Below, piece by piece: positions 47,877-59,036 of a stretch of 64,000 nucleotides of DNA. Position 1 is the stretch's first letter. Each line of letters begins with the position of its first letter. Under the pieces are notes generated by a model. The model was not told where the DNA came from and searched no databases. It saw nothing but the letters and a program-made list of their open reading frames with translations. The stretch is from Deltaproteobacteria bacterium TL4 (lineage in GTDB: Bacteria; SAR324; NAC60-12): positions 1-64,000 of the forward strand of contig JBBCAX010000084.1 of the NCBI GenBank assembly GCA_051382335.1. The letters are read 5' to 3'. Both the position numbers and the translations under genes were made by a program.

Positions 47877-48040
47877 TTTTTCTCAGTTGGAGACTGGGTT
47901 CCCACTCCTTTTCCGGTGGATTTTTCACAAACTGGAGACATCGGTCCTTATCCATTTCCCGAATTAAAAAAGCCTCAGGTTCCAAGCGCTGATAGGCAGA
48001 GGAGGTCACAATGAGGCTGGCGTTATAACTTGGTCAGTTC
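47877..48040 (-). pseudogene. Remnant resembling the C-terminus of a class III adenylate/guanylate cyclase
   Basis: ELTK (frameshift) YNASLIVTSSAYQRLEPEAFLIREMDK...RCLQFVKNPPEKEW. Confidence 0.5.
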
Positions 48041-48221
48041 TTCTGAGGTTCATACATGGTCTCATGACCTGTTGTCAATCTCAAAGGATAGCTGTTGTCT
48101 TTTGAATAAGATACGCTAAGATTACAAAAAAATCTTTGCGTTTAACCGCAAATTGTCTAAGATCGATAACATGAAAAGCCTCATAATTGGCGAAAGAATT
48201 GACTCAGGAGTTCTAAAAACG

Positions 48222-49268
48222 ATGATTGATCCGCGTATTCAGCAAACTGTAGAAATATTAAGTACTTTGGTAGAACCAAAACTCAAATGGAATATTATTG
48301 CTCTTAATCTGGTAAAGCAACTTTTAATCCATGAAAATCAACTTCGGCTGGAAATCCATCTGGTTTCCAATGATCCTAAACTGACAGTACGCTTTCGACA
48401 GGAGTGTCTCAAGGCTCTGGAGCCTTTGAATTTTGAGGCCATTCATCTTGATTTGCGTTTCGTGAATATTGCGGTTGAAGGGATTTCTGGAGTTAAGAAT
48501 ATTGTATTGGTTGGCAGTGGTAAAGGAGGTGTAGGCAAGTCAACGATTGCCTCAAACCTGGCCCTCGCGCTTAAAGCGCAGGGAAAAAAGGTAGGCTTGA
48601 TGGATGCGGATATCTATGGTCCCAGCATTCCCGTCATGATGGGCATTAAGCAACACCCCGAAGTGCTTCCCGATGAATATTTACTTCCGATTGAGGCACA
48701 TGGCGTCAAAGTCATGTCCATTGGTCTTTTGGTACCCGAAGGCAAGGCCTTACCGTGGAGGGGGCAAATGGCCAGTGGAACGCTCATCCAATTCATTAAA
48801 AAAACTTTTTGGGGAGATCTTGATTATTTAGTGATTGACCTTCCTCCAGGAACCGGAGACATTCAACTCACTCTGGCCCATAAAGTTCAGGCTCAAGGAA
48901 TTGTGATTGTTTCTACACCGCAAGAAGTGGCCTTAGGGGACATTCGCAGAGCTGTGGATTTGTATCTGGAGCACAAAACACCGATTCTGGCCATTGTGGA
49001 AAACATGAGTGGCCTCATTTGTGAGAAGTGCGGTCATGAAAATCATCCCTTTGTTAAATCTCCAAGGGGCTTACAATTGGATGCAGCCTTCTACTTACAA
49101 CTGCCATTGCACGCAGAAGTCAGCCGTTGTGGAGATTCAGGACGCCCTATGGTGATCAGTCACCCAACCCATGAGATCTGTGAAAAGTTTAAGCTATTGG
49201 CACGGGAAATTACGCAGACCTGCGAATCCAGGAAGAAGTCTGACGTTGCCTTTCAAACAGAGGCTTAA
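48222..49268 (+). CDS. mrp: Mrp/ApbC Fe-S cluster carrier ATPase
   Basis: SGKGGVGKS, DADIYGPS, DLPPGTGD, ENMS..CEKC; start uncertain. Confidence 0.93.
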   Translation: MIDPRIQQTVEILSTLVEPKLKWNIIALNLVKQLLIHENQLRLEIHLVSNDPKLTVRFRQECLKALEPLNFEAIHLDLRFVNIAVEGISGVKNIVLVGSGKGGVGKSTIASNLALALKAQGKKVGLMDADIYGPSIPVMMGIKQHPEVLPDEYLLPIEAHGVKVMSIGLLVPEGKALPWRGQMASGTLIQFIKKTFWGDLDYLVIDLPPGTGDIQLTLAHKVQAQGIVIVSTPQEVALGDIRRAVDLYLEHKTPILAIVENMSGLICEKCGHENHPFVKSPRGLQLDAAFYLQLPLHAEVSRCGDSGRPMVISHPTHEICEKFKLLAREITQTCESRKKSDVAFQTEA

Positions 49269-49297
49269 ATCAATACGTTTTATCAAAAGGGAAGACT

Positions 49298-50236
49298 ATG
49301 CCTTTAAATATCCTTGTGGTTGATGACCAGGCCATGATCCGAAACATTCACACCCAAATGCTGATTGATGGAGGACACTCCATTCAAACGGCAACCAATG
49401 GTCAGGAAGCACTCGATTGTTTTCTGCAGGCCCAAAAGGAAAAGCCTTTTGACTTGGTTATGACTGATGAAGAAATGCCCGTCATGACAGGCTTGGAGTT
49501 AGCAAGGAAACTCTATAGTAAGGTGCCAGGATTACCCATTGTCATGATTTCCAGCGTTGAAGATGTCAACTTAATGATTTCATTAATGCGTATGGGTATT
49601 TCCTTTTTTCGAAAACCTCTTCGCAAACAGGACATAGAACGGTTTTTAGAAGCGACAGAAAAACAAATCAAAATCAATAAACAACGTGAGCAAGAACAAG
49701 AAGGCCACAAAAAAGTAGAAGCGTTGGTTACCTCCACAACCTTCACCTTACACCTGCCTAATGACAAAGAACTCTCGCCTCCCGTCATCAAATATGTTCT
49801 GGATGCGTGCGAAGCAAATCAAATCAGTGAACAGATCACCTTTCGGGTTCACTTTGGACTGGAAGAAACCCTGATTAACGCCATGGCTCATGGTAACTTG
49901 GAGATGGGAAGCGCTGAGTTTAAAAAGGAAGGAAACTTTGAACTGTGGGAGACCGAACTCATCAGACGCTCAGAAATAATGCCTTACAAAGATCGTAAAG
50001 TTAAAGTCCATGTTCGGATTGACAGAGGGAAAGAAGTCCGGCTAATGATAGAAGACCAAGGGAAGGGCTTCAATCACGAAGCCGTCTTGGCAAAAATCAG
50101 CGCAGACGATATCTATCAAGCTTATGGCAGGGGTTTGATCATGCTCAAAGGGATGTCTGATGCGCTAGAATACAATACCAAGGGAAACTGCGTCTACATG
50201 ACCTTCATTGAACCTGAGCCAGAAGACAAAACGTAA
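49298..50236 (+). CDS. Receiver domain fused to RsbW-like HATPase (anti-sigma Ser kinase)
   Basis: VVDD, MTDEEMP; EETLINAMAHGN, DQGKGF, GRGL. Confidence 0.88.
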   Translation: MPLNILVVDDQAMIRNIHTQMLIDGGHSIQTATNGQEALDCFLQAQKEKPFDLVMTDEEMPVMTGLELARKLYSKVPGLPIVMISSVEDVNLMISLMRMGISFFRKPLRKQDIERFLEATEKQIKINKQREQEQEGHKKVEALVTSTTFTLHLPNDKELSPPVIKYVLDACEANQISEQITFRVHFGLEETLINAMAHGNLEMGSAEFKKEGNFELWETELIRRSEIMPYKDRKVKVHVRIDRGKEVRLMIEDQGKGFNHEAVLAKISADDIYQAYGRGLIMLKGMSDALEYNTKGNCVYMTFIEPEPEDKT

Positions 50237-50284
50237 AGTCTGGCTCAGAAATCTGGTGGAACAAAACCAGGATACCGACCTTTT

Positions 50285-50635
50285 CTAGGAAGAGGTGAGT
50301 GCTTCCCTGACAGTGCTGATATTCAACAGTTTCAATACACCACTGGCTTGTAATACATTCAAAACTTTATCTGTTAATTCACAAACAAACAGTTTCTTCT
50401 CCATTTTTTTCAAACTTATATGTTTGCCACAAATCCACCCAATCCCTGAGGAATCCATTTCATAAAGATGCTCACCATCAATGACCAAGCCTTGTAAAGT
50501 CTTGTCCGTTTTAACTTCTTCCAACAAAGGCAGGGTATACTTATTCAGTTGACTAACAGTGCTCTGTTCAAGACGTCCAGTAATCACCAGAACAATCATT
50601 TTACTGTCTTTGTCCTTGTAATGCGTCATTTCCAT
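50285..50635 (-). CDS. STAS-domain anti-sigma antagonist
   Basis: EMDSSGIG phospho-Ser motif, VLNVLQASG. Confidence 0.88.
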   Translation of the reverse strand: MEMTHYKDKDSKMIVLVITGRLEQSTVSQLNKYTLPLLEEVKTDKTLQGLVIDGEHLYEMDSSGIGWICGKHISLKKMEKKLFVCELTDKVLNVLQASGVLKLLNISTVREALTSS

Positions 50636-50844
50636 CGCTTCAACTCCAGGTTCTATTGGTTACGTGAGGATCAAATCTTGATTTATTTGAATCATTCCCT
50701 TTGTTTTTTATGTCAAATACGTTATCTCTAAAGTAAACCATAATTTTTATTATCCTTAATCTAGCTCAATGGCAAGCTTGTCTTCTTTAGAATTTAGTTC
50801 TATGAATAATCATGTGAGGATGTCTAACGCGCGGAAGGAGACTC

Positions 50845-51987
50845 ATGATAGCAAAAATGTATAAAAACCGAGCGGAACTTGGGGAAAAGTTCTTTCTTTC
50901 GGTTGTCAACGTGACAGAACGCACGGTCCGGGGGGATTCGATGAAATTGATTGATAAAACGCCTTTTGATGTAATTCATGAGGATGGATTGCTGAGCGTA
51001 AGACATTACCCCCGTCTTCAAAAAGATGAAATCACGATGGGTGAGGAGAACATCCCTGTACTTCATCGTGTCCATCGAACACCTCTCATTTTGGTTCCTC
51101 CCTTGGCGGTAGGAGCGTTTATTTTTGATCTATATCCCGCCCGAAGCCTGGTAAGTTACTTCTTGGCGCAGGGGTTTGACCTATACCTCATCAACTGGGG
51201 AAATCCTGACAAGGATCATTCTCACCTGTCCTTTGAAAAATATGTCCTGGACTGGATGCCTCAAGCTTTGAAGGAAATCCGGGAGCACAGTGGTAAGGAG
51301 GACGTTTCTTTGTTAGGTTATTGTATGGGAGGATTATTTTCCCTGATCTACACCGCGGTACATCACGATGCTAAGGTTCGCAACATCATCACCATCGCCA
51401 GCCCTATTGACATGCATCAAATGGGAGCCGCAGGAAAGATTTTTTCCTTGACCTATCAACCCGCGCATCGTCTTGCCAGAGCGCTCAATTTTAGTATTTT
51501 GGATGTGGATCCTAAACATTTGCATATTTCAGGAAAGTTAGGGCATTTTGCTTTTTGGTTGACAAACCCCATTGGTAACTTGACCAGTACCTGGGATTTT
51601 ATTCTGAATTTATGGGACCGTGAATATATGGTAAACCACGATTCTATGGGACATTGGTTTAGCAATATGCAGGATTACCCCGGAGCAACCATCAAGAGCC
51701 TGATAGTGCATATGGTACTTGACAATCAAATGGCAAAGGGCAAAATGCGTGTAGGTGCTCAAGAAGCAAGATTTGAACATATTCACAGTTCTCTGCTTTC
51801 GTTTGCGGGTGACGATGATAAAATCGTTCCTATTCGGTCCGCACGGAAAATACTGGATATCGTCGCCTCTGAAGATAAGGAATTTTATGTTGTTCCGGGA
51901 GGACATGCCGGCGTTTTCGCGGGGAGACGCTCTGTGCAGAATGTTTGGGCGGTCAGTGCGGAATGGCTGGCAAAACGTTCCAATTGA
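50845..51987 (+). CDS. Class III PHA synthase (PhaC)-like alpha/beta hydrolase
   Basis: PLILVPPL, DL.P.RSLV, GYCMGG, DKIVP, GGH. Confidence 0.8.
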   Translation: MIAKMYKNRAELGEKFFLSVVNVTERTVRGDSMKLIDKTPFDVIHEDGLLSVRHYPRLQKDEITMGEENIPVLHRVHRTPLILVPPLAVGAFIFDLYPARSLVSYFLAQGFDLYLINWGNPDKDHSHLSFEKYVLDWMPQALKEIREHSGKEDVSLLGYCMGGLFSLIYTAVHHDAKVRNIITIASPIDMHQMGAAGKIFSLTYQPAHRLARALNFSILDVDPKHLHISGKLGHFAFWLTNPIGNLTSTWDFILNLWDREYMVNHDSMGHWFSNMQDYPGATIKSLIVHMVLDNQMAKGKMRVGAQEARFEHIHSSLLSFAGDDDKIVPIRSARKILDIVASEDKEFYVVPGGHAGVFAGRRSVQNVWAVSAEWLAKRSN

Positions 51988-52115
51988 AAGAGGCCTCCTC
52001 AGATCTCCCTGCTGTTTTTCGAAAACCTGAGAGATCTTTGCGTCAAAAGAGGAGATTATTTAATTCATGTTTCTGATGTTTTTTAGTTTCGATCATTTAA
52101 ATTAAAGGAGTTACT

Positions 52116-53054
52116 GTGGCGGATTATAATAAATACAGGTTAGTCACCCGAAGCGATTTTGATGGACTCGTATGCGCGGTATTGCTTAAAGAATTGGACA
52201 TGATTGAGGAAATCTTATTTGTCCATCCTAAAGACATGCAAGACGGGAAAATTAAAATTACAGGCAATGACATCACTACTAATTTACCCTACGTCGAGGG
52301 GGTTTACATGGCCTTTGACCATCATTTCAGTGAAACCCTTCGAAGAGAAGGCCATCAACCGGACAATCATATCATTGATCCGGATGCCCCTTCCGCAGCC
52401 CGGGTTGTTTATGCTTATTACCAAAAGCAGAACCGTTTTCCGGCAGCGTGGGATGAGATGATGGTGGCGGTGGACAAAGCCGACTCTGCACAATATATTC
52501 GTGATGAAATCCTGCATCCTCAAGGTTGGATCCTTCTGAACTACATCATGGATGCACGAACAGGTCTTGGTCGTTTTAGGAACTTCAGAGTCTCCAACTA
52601 TCAACTCATGATGCATTTGATTGACTATTGCAGGGAACATTCCATTGAAGAAATTCTGAATCTGCCGGATATCTTGGAGCGTGTGGATTTATACATGGAC
52701 CATCTGGAAAAATCCAAGGAGCAGATAAAGCGTTGTACCACGGTCAAGGGGCACGTTGGCCTTCTTGATCTAAGAAATGAAGAGACGATCTACTCGGCAA
52801 ACCGTTTTATGATTTATGCCCTTTTTCCAAAAATTAAGGTTTCGATTCATGTGGTCTGGGGACTGAAAAAACAAAACGTTGCGCTCCCCGTTGGGAAATC
52901 AATTCTTGACCGAACGTCAAAAACCAATATTGGGGAGTTATGCTTGAAATACGGAGGTGGCGGACATGCCAACGCGGGAACATGCCAGGTTGATAATGAC
53001 CAAGTCGAGCAAGTCCTGCGTGAATTGGTGGAACAAATTAATGCAGATGCTTAG
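52116..53054 (+). CDS. DHH-family phosphoesterase (exopolyphosphatase/nanoRNase-like)
   Basis: RSDFDG, FDHH, GGGHANAG. Confidence 0.9.
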   Translation: MADYNKYRLVTRSDFDGLVCAVLLKELDMIEEILFVHPKDMQDGKIKITGNDITTNLPYVEGVYMAFDHHFSETLRREGHQPDNHIIDPDAPSAARVVYAYYQKQNRFPAAWDEMMVAVDKADSAQYIRDEILHPQGWILLNYIMDARTGLGRFRNFRVSNYQLMMHLIDYCREHSIEEILNLPDILERVDLYMDHLEKSKEQIKRCTTVKGHVGLLDLRNEETIYSANRFMIYALFPKIKVSIHVVWGLKKQNVALPVGKSILDRTSKTNIGELCLKYGGGGHANAGTCQVDNDQVEQVLRELVEQINADA

Positions 53055-53336
53055 ATCCTTGTTTACTTGGTTGCTGTGAAACCGCACACTGTCGTGAAAT
53101 AGGTATCAGCTCCTTAAAAATTCTGTGAGCTTAGTGTCTTTTTCAACTGGGGCCAAAGTCTCAGAGGTCAGTTAACTGACAGCGACTTATCATTCGACTA
53201 CCGGGAGCACGAAGATTCACTAAGGAAGTTGTGGCTTTTCTTAGTGTTTCTTCCTGCTTCGATAGTTGCCCCTTTGGTGAGAACGCCTTGCCTTGAAACT
53301 CCCTGTAAATTTTCAGAATTACCAACTCTTTATGAG

Positions 53337-53358
53337 TTCTTCATAATTTCTCCATAAT
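53337..53358 (+). promoter_or_regulatory. Tandem 11-bp direct repeat, possible OmpR/BaeR-type site
   Basis: TTCTTCATAAT-TTCTCCATAAT upstream of the efflux operon. Confidence 0.4.
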
Positions 53359-53544
53359 TTTCTGTTAACTTAGGCTTATCTTCTGAATAATCGTCACGGT
53401 TCAGAAGTTGACTTAATTCGACGTTTGTTGACGGAGAATCATTTTACTGCAGGAAAGGAATTCTGCTGGAACGTTCGGGTATTTCAGTTCCAGGAGGAGA
53501 ACCGGTGGAACTTAAAGAAAAAGGAACGCCATAAAAGGAACCCT

Positions 53545-54870
53545 ATGAAGAAAATATTGATCCTCATTCTGATTGGCATTGTGGGTGGCGGTGCTGCTTT
53601 CTGGCACTATAAGAAAACGCCCCGTTCCGACGAAAAAAAGAAGCAGCTTACCATCAAAGTTGAGCGGGCTCCCATCAAGTTGACTGTCTCTTCCACCGGA
53701 CGAGTCGTCGCCTATCTTGAGGTAGAAATTAAAAGCAAGGCCAATGGCGAAATTATCCAATTGCCCTATGACATCAGTGACTCCGTTAAAAAAGGAGATT
53801 TACTGGTTGAGTTGGATCCCTCTGATGAAGAACGTAACGTCAAACAGGCCCAAATTGCGCTTTCCATTTCTCAGGCCAAAATGGAGCAAGTCCGGCTAGG
53901 CCTTCTCATTGCTGAAAAAGACGCCGTCCACGAGAGGCAACGGCGACAGATTGCGCTGGAATTGGCTCAGGCAAAAACTCAGGATATCCAGACAAAGGCT
54001 GATCGGATTAAACTGCTGATGGACAAAAAATTGACCAGCCAGGAAGAGTATGATACCGCCCTGACCTCGGCAATACAAGTCCAGGCGGATCTCCAGACAG
54101 CAAAGATCCAAATGGATGAACTGGCAACTCAAGAACTGGCCTTGGACGTAAAACGACAAGATGTGATTCTGGCTCAGGCCAGCCTGGAATCTGATAAAAT
54201 CACGCTTTCCACAGTCCAGCAACGCTTAGCCGACACCCGAGTGGTCTCTCCTATTAACGGAGTGATTACCTCCCGCAGTGTGCAGGTAGGACAGATCATT
54301 TCCTCAGGAATAAATAGTGTGAGTGGAGGCACCTCAATCTTAAAAATATCGGATCTCACCCGCTTGTTCATTTTAGCTGCCGTAGATGAAAGTGATATTG
54401 GAAAGTTAAAAATCGGATGCCCTGTTCAAATCACAACGGATGCTTTCCCTAATATCTCTTTTCGAGGTAAAGTGGTTCGCATTGCCACTCAAGGTGTCAA
54501 TGTTTCGAATGTCGTTACGTTTGAAGTTCAAATCGAAGTCAGTGGAAAAAATAAATCCCTGTTGAAATCGGAAATGACAGCAAACCTGGAAATCATTGCT
54601 GAGGAGAAAGAAGAGGCTCTGCTTGTACCGGCTGAAGCGGTATTCAGAGTTCATAAGCAGCCTATGGTTAAAGTTGTGAAAGAGGACAAAACGATTGAGG
54701 AACGTCCTGTGGAAACAGGAATTAATGATGGAGTGCAGGTAGAAATCATTAAAGGTTTAAATGAAGGTGAAATCATTCATACCACCAAAGGCGCGGCAGA
54801 AAGTCGTTGGCGTAAAGATGATCAAAACGGGCAGGAAAGGCCCGGTCGAAGGATGTTTTTAGGACATTAG
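53545..54870 (+). CDS. Efflux periplasmic adaptor (MacA-like)
   Basis: N-terminal TM, lipoyl halves, coiled hairpin, VDESDIG; start ATG 53545. Confidence 0.92.
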   Translation: MKKILILILIGIVGGGAAFWHYKKTPRSDEKKKQLTIKVERAPIKLTVSSTGRVVAYLEVEIKSKANGEIIQLPYDISDSVKKGDLLVELDPSDEERNVKQAQIALSISQAKMEQVRLGLLIAEKDAVHERQRRQIALELAQAKTQDIQTKADRIKLLMDKKLTSQEEYDTALTSAIQVQADLQTAKIQMDELATQELALDVKRQDVILAQASLESDKITLSTVQQRLADTRVVSPINGVITSRSVQVGQIISSGINSVSGGTSILKISDLTRLFILAAVDESDIGKLKIGCPVQITTDAFPNISFRGKVVRIATQGVNVSNVVTFEVQIEVSGKNKSLLKSEMTANLEIIAEEKEEALLVPAEAVFRVHKQPMVKVVKEDKTIEERPVETGINDGVQVEIIKGLNEGEIIHTTKGAAESRWRKDDQNGQERPGRRMFLGH

Positions 54871-54872
54871 TT

Positions 54873-55550
54873 ATGATTGATATCGATTCTCTGATAAAAA
54901 CTTATACCTTGGGAAATGCCACAATCCGAGCACTGGATGGTCTGAGTTTACAAATTCAGAAGGGAGAAATGGTGGCCATCACCGGATCCTCGGGAAGCGG
55001 TAAATCGACCTTGATGAGCATTCTTGGCTGTCTGGATCGACCCACTTCCGGAAAATATATTCTCGCTGGAGAAGATGTTTCCCTGCTCGCCAAAGATCGG
55101 TTGGCCGAAATTCGAAACCGCTATATTGGATTTATCTTCCAGAGTTTTAATCTGCTCTCCCGGATGTCTGCCCTGGAAAATGTAGAGCTTCCTTTACTTT
55201 ACGCCGGAAATCATAATGCCAAGGATCGCGCTAAACAAGCCCTCTACCGTGTAGGTTTGGAAGATCGGATGAATCATGAACCGAATCAGCTTTCCGGAGG
55301 ACAGCGTCAGCGAGTAGCCATCGCTCGTGCCATCGTAACGGATCCCGCCATTATTCTAGCAGATGAACCCACTGGAAACCTCGATAGTAAAACCGGGGAA
55401 GAAATTATGGATCTGTTTGAAAAACTCAATGCGGAAGGACGGACCTTGGTTATTGTCACTCATGAAGCCAACATTGCCCAACATTGTAAACGGCAAGTGC
55501 ACCTGAAAGATGGCCGAATTCTTAACCCTGAAATCAAGGCTGAGGGATAA
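54873..55550 (+). CDS. ABC transporter ATP-binding protein (MacB-type)
   Basis: [30 protein letters not shown]. Confidence 0.95.
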   Translation: MIDIDSLIKTYTLGNATIRALDGLSLQIQKGEMVAITGSSGSGKSTLMSILGCLDRPTSGKYILAGEDVSLLAKDRLAEIRNRYIGFIFQSFNLLSRMSALENVELPLLYAGNHNAKDRAKQALYRVGLEDRMNHEPNQLSGGQRQRVAIARAIVTDPAIILADEPTGNLDSKTGEEIMDLFEKLNAEGRTLVIVTHEANIAQHCKRQVHLKDGRILNPEIKAEG

Positions 55551-56758
55551 TGCTCTTTTGGATCTTGTTTAAGCTTGCCATAAAAAGTTTGTTTGCCAAT
55601 AAACTGCGATCCTTCCTGGCCATGCTGGGAATTGTGATTGGGGTGGGTGCTGTTATTTCCATGCTGGCCATCGCTAAAGGCGCGCAACAACAAGTAATGG
55701 AACGAATTTCTTCTATGGGAACCAACCTGTTGATAGTACGTCCTGGACAAAGGGGATCTCATGGCGTCGCTTCGGAAACGGAAGAAGTTCTCACGGTGGA
55801 AGATGCTCAAGCCATTCTGAATACAGTCTCAGGTGTCTATCAAATGGCTCCATTGATCATGTCCCGAGCGCAGGTTAAATATTTAAATAAAAATAGCCGA
55901 ACCAATGTTATCGGGACGTCAACCACTTATTTTTCGATTCGTAATTTTGAAGTCGAGCAAGGACGAAACTTCACTGAAGGTGAGGTCAATCGACAGGCAT
56001 GGGTTGCGGTGATTGGCCCTACCGTTGCTGAAAATCTTTTTGGCAGTGACAAGCCTGTGGGCGAAACATTTAAAATCAAGGGACTCAATTTTCGGATTGT
56101 GGGACTTTTAAAAACTAAAGGAGATCAGGGGTGGTTTAATCCTGATGATCAGGTTATTGTTCCTTACACCACCGCTATGAAAATCATCTTTGGTTTGGAT
56201 CAATTAAGAGAAATTGATATTCAGGCAACTCCAGGCGCGGATTTAACCAAAATACAGGAAGATACCACAAAACTTTTACGCAAACTTCATCGTCTTCAGC
56301 CGGAAACTCCAGATAATTTCAATGTTCGCAATCAAGCGGAAATTGTCGATGTCGCCTCCAGTATCAGTCAAACCTTTACCATTCTGCTGGGTGGCATTGC
56401 CAGTATTTCGCTGCTTGTGGGCGGAATTGGCATTATGAACATCATGCTTGTAACCGTTACAGAACGAACCAGAGAAATCGGTATTCGTAAAGCCATTGGC
56501 GCAAAGGATCGTGATATCCTGCGACAGTTTTTAATTGAAGCGGTAATAATGACAGCGATGGGAGGCTTAATCGGGATAGCGATGGGAATGGGAATCGCTT
56601 ATTTGATCGATGAATTCAGTCCCTTTCAAACAATTGTCGAACCCCTGAGTATTTTGATGGCTCTTTCCTTTTCAGCAGGCATAGGCATCTTCTTTGGCTA
56701 CTACCCTGCCCGTCGTGCCGCTCAATTGGATCCCATTGTCGCTCTGCGGTATGAATAA
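55550..56758 (+). CDS. ABC transporter permease (MacB/FtsX family)
   Basis: RSFLAMLGIVIG, GIMNIMLVTVTERTREIGIRKAIGA. Confidence 0.95.
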   Translation: MLFWILFKLAIKSLFANKLRSFLAMLGIVIGVGAVISMLAIAKGAQQQVMERISSMGTNLLIVRPGQRGSHGVASETEEVLTVEDAQAILNTVSGVYQMAPLIMSRAQVKYLNKNSRTNVIGTSTTYFSIRNFEVEQGRNFTEGEVNRQAWVAVIGPTVAENLFGSDKPVGETFKIKGLNFRIVGLLKTKGDQGWFNPDDQVIVPYTTAMKIIFGLDQLREIDIQATPGADLTKIQEDTTKLLRKLHRLQPETPDNFNVRNQAEIVDVASSISQTFTILLGGIASISLLVGGIGIMNIMLVTVTERTREIGIRKAIGAKDRDILRQFLIEAVIMTAMGGLIGIAMGMGIAYLIDEFSPFQTIVEPLSILMALSFSAGIGIFFGYYPARRAAQLDPIVALRYE

Positions 56759-56820
56759 TCCCCAGTCAGGATAAACCATTTCCAGGCTTTGCGTCGAAAC
56801 GCTGAATAGTAAGCGAGCAC

Positions 56821-56854
56821 AAAGAGTGGTGGAATTGAATTCAACCACTCTTTT
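56821..56854. terminator. Bidirectional intrinsic terminator
   Basis: AAAGAGTGGT...ACCACTCTTTT between convergent genes. Confidence 0.7.
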
Positions 56855-56866
56855 CGATGGGGATGA

Positions 56867-57760
56867 TTAGCCTAAAACCTTAATCATCGTGTCCCCTAAT
56901 TCAACAGGGGTTTTACAGACGTAGATTCCCGCTGCTTGCAAGGCGTTCATCTTATCTGCCGCGGTACCTTTGCCTCCTGCGATAATGGCGCCGGCATGTC
57001 CCATTCGACGTCCTGCAGGTGCGGTTTGTCCTGCAATAAAACTGACAATGGGCTTGGTCACATACGCCTTGGCATAGGCTGCCGCTTTTTCTTCAGCGTC
57101 CCCGCCAATTTCACCAATCATGACAATTCCGTCCGTGTCAGGATCGTTTTGGAATAATTCGAGACAATCAATAAAGTTAGTTCCATTGATGGGGTCTCCG
57201 CCAATTCCAATACAGGTACTTTGTCCTAAGCCCACACGAGTCAATTGACTGACGGCTTCATAAGTCAACGTTCCTGAGCGGGAAACCACACCGATATTGC
57301 CGGGCTTGAGCCCAATACGGTTGGGCTTGTGAATAGATCCTGGCATGATTCCGATTTTACACTGTCCCGGCGTAATGATTCCAGGACAATTGGGGCCGAT
57401 CAACCGCAAGCCCTTGGCTTTGACATATCGGACCGCAGAGATCATATCGATGACAGGAACGCCTTCGGTGATGGCTACAATTAAGGGAATTCCGGCATCT
57501 GCGGCTTCCATTACGGCATCTCCCGCAAAAGCGGGAGGCACAAAAATCATGGTAGCATTCGCGCCTGTCGCTGCTACAGCTTCTTTCACAGTGTTAAAAA
57601 TGGGAATCGTATCATCAAATTTCTGTCCGCCTTTGCCTGGAGTCACTCCAGCAACAACATTGGTTCCATAATTCCGACAACCTCGAGTGTGGAGCGCTCC
57701 CTGAGAACCTGTAATCCCCTGGACTATAAGTTTTGTGTTATTATCAACTAATACGGCCAT
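56867..57760 (-). CDS. sucD: Succinyl-CoA synthetase alpha subunit
   Basis: [26 protein letters not shown]. Confidence 0.98.
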   Translation of the reverse strand: MAVLVDNNTKLIVQGITGSQGALHTRGCRNYGTNVVAGVTPGKGGQKFDDTIPIFNTVKEAVAATGANATMIFVPPAFAGDAVMEAADAGIPLIVAITEGVPVIDMISAVRYVKAKGLRLIGPNCPGIITPGQCKIGIMPGSIHKPNRIGLKPGNIGVVSRSGTLTYEAVSQLTRVGLGQSTCIGIGGDPINGTNFIDCLELFQNDPDTDGIVMIGEIGGDAEEKAAAYAKAYVTKPIVSFIAGQTAPAGRRMGHAGAIIAGGKGTAADKMNALQAAGIYVCKTPVELGDTMIKVLG

Positions 57761-57810
57761 AATATCCTTTTTGATTTAAAACGTTAGCAATTCGCTATTT
57801 GTATAAAATT

Positions 57811-58989
57811 TTACTGTTTAGCAGCGGCAACGGCTCGTTGAGCCGCGTCTTTTAAACCATCTGCCATTTGCAGTTTATCTCCAAATCCGGAATTTGCGAC
57901 CAATTTTTGTGCTTCATCCGCATTGGTTCCTTCCAGTCGAATCACCACGGGAATCGTAAGTCCAATACTCTTGATTGCGGCAATAACACCTGATGCCACC
58001 ATATCACAACGTACAATTCCTCCAAAAATATTAATGAGAATACATCGGATATTGGGATCTTTCATAATAATTTTGAATGCTATTTCTACGGTTTCCTTGG
58101 TTGAGGTTCCGCCTACATCCAGGAAGTTCGCGGGCTGGCCGCCATAGGATTTGATGATATCCATTGTTCCCATTGCCAATCCTGCCCCATTGACCATACA
58201 TCCAATATTCCCCTCCAATTTGATGAAATTGAGTCCAAATTTTGCGGCTTCAAGTTCAGCCAAATCTTCCTCATCTTCATCTTGTAATTTCAAGGTGGCG
58301 TTGTGTCTAAAAAGCGCATTATCGTCAAAAGTCATTTTGGTATCCAACGCAATCACGCGGCCATCACCTGTCAATACCAAGGGGTTGATTTCAATGAGAG
58401 AACAATCTTCCGCTATAAAAGCGTTATAAAGTCCCATCAACAAGCGAGCCGTGGGGGTTACCAGTTTAGGGTTCACTTTGTCAACTTCCAAACCATAGGC
58501 CAGTTGTATCGCCTGAAAAGAGCGAAACCCGATCGTAGGGTCAACAACACATTGTAGGATTTTTTCCGGAGTTTTTGCCGCAACTTCTTCAATGTTCATG
58601 CCGCCTTCTGTTGAAGCCAAAATCACAACGGATTGAGAACCTCGATCAACCAGAACAGAAACATAGAGTTCCTTAACAATATCCATCCCTTCTTCAATCA
58701 AAACCTGCTTGACCTTTTGCCCTTCAGGCCCAGTTTGATGAGTCACCAACTGCATTCCCAAGATGGCTTCCGCATTTTTTTTGACAGCGTCTAACCCCTT
58801 GGAGACTTTGACGCCGCCTCCTTTTCCGCGTCCTCCAGCGTGGATCTGGGCTTTGACGACACAAACTTCTTTTCCTAATTCCTCTGCCACTTGAATTGCG
58901 TCACCCACCGTTCTCGCAACACGGCCTTTGGGGACAGGAACCCCATATCTAGCCAAGATTTCTTTTCCTTGATATTCATGAATCTTCAT
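57811..58989 (-). CDS. sucC: Succinyl-CoA synthetase beta subunit
   Basis: [32 protein letters not shown]; start ATG 58989. Confidence 0.98.
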   Translation of the reverse strand: MKIHEYQGKEILARYGVPVPKGRVARTVGDAIQVAEELGKEVCVVKAQIHAGGRGKGGGVKVSKGLDAVKKNAEAILGMQLVTHQTGPEGQKVKQVLIEEGMDIVKELYVSVLVDRGSQSVVILASTEGGMNIEEVAAKTPEKILQCVVDPTIGFRSFQAIQLAYGLEVDKVNPKLVTPTARLLMGLYNAFIAEDCSLIEINPLVLTGDGRVIALDTKMTFDDNALFRHNATLKLQDEDEEDLAELEAAKFGLNFIKLEGNIGCMVNGAGLAMGTMDIIKSYGGQPANFLDVGGTSTKETVEIAFKIIMKDPNIRCILINIFGGIVRCDMVASGVIAAIKSIGLTIPVVIRLEGTNADEAQKLVANSGFGDKLQMADGLKDAAQRAVAAAKQ

Positions 58990-59036
58990 AAAAATCTCCT
59001 TTAATGATTTACCCTTAAAAAGCCTCACACTGGAGT

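Noticed and set aside
47591..47992. ORFs 47591-47992 and 47681-47941
   Set aside because: They run through MITE/REP palindromes; likely spurious
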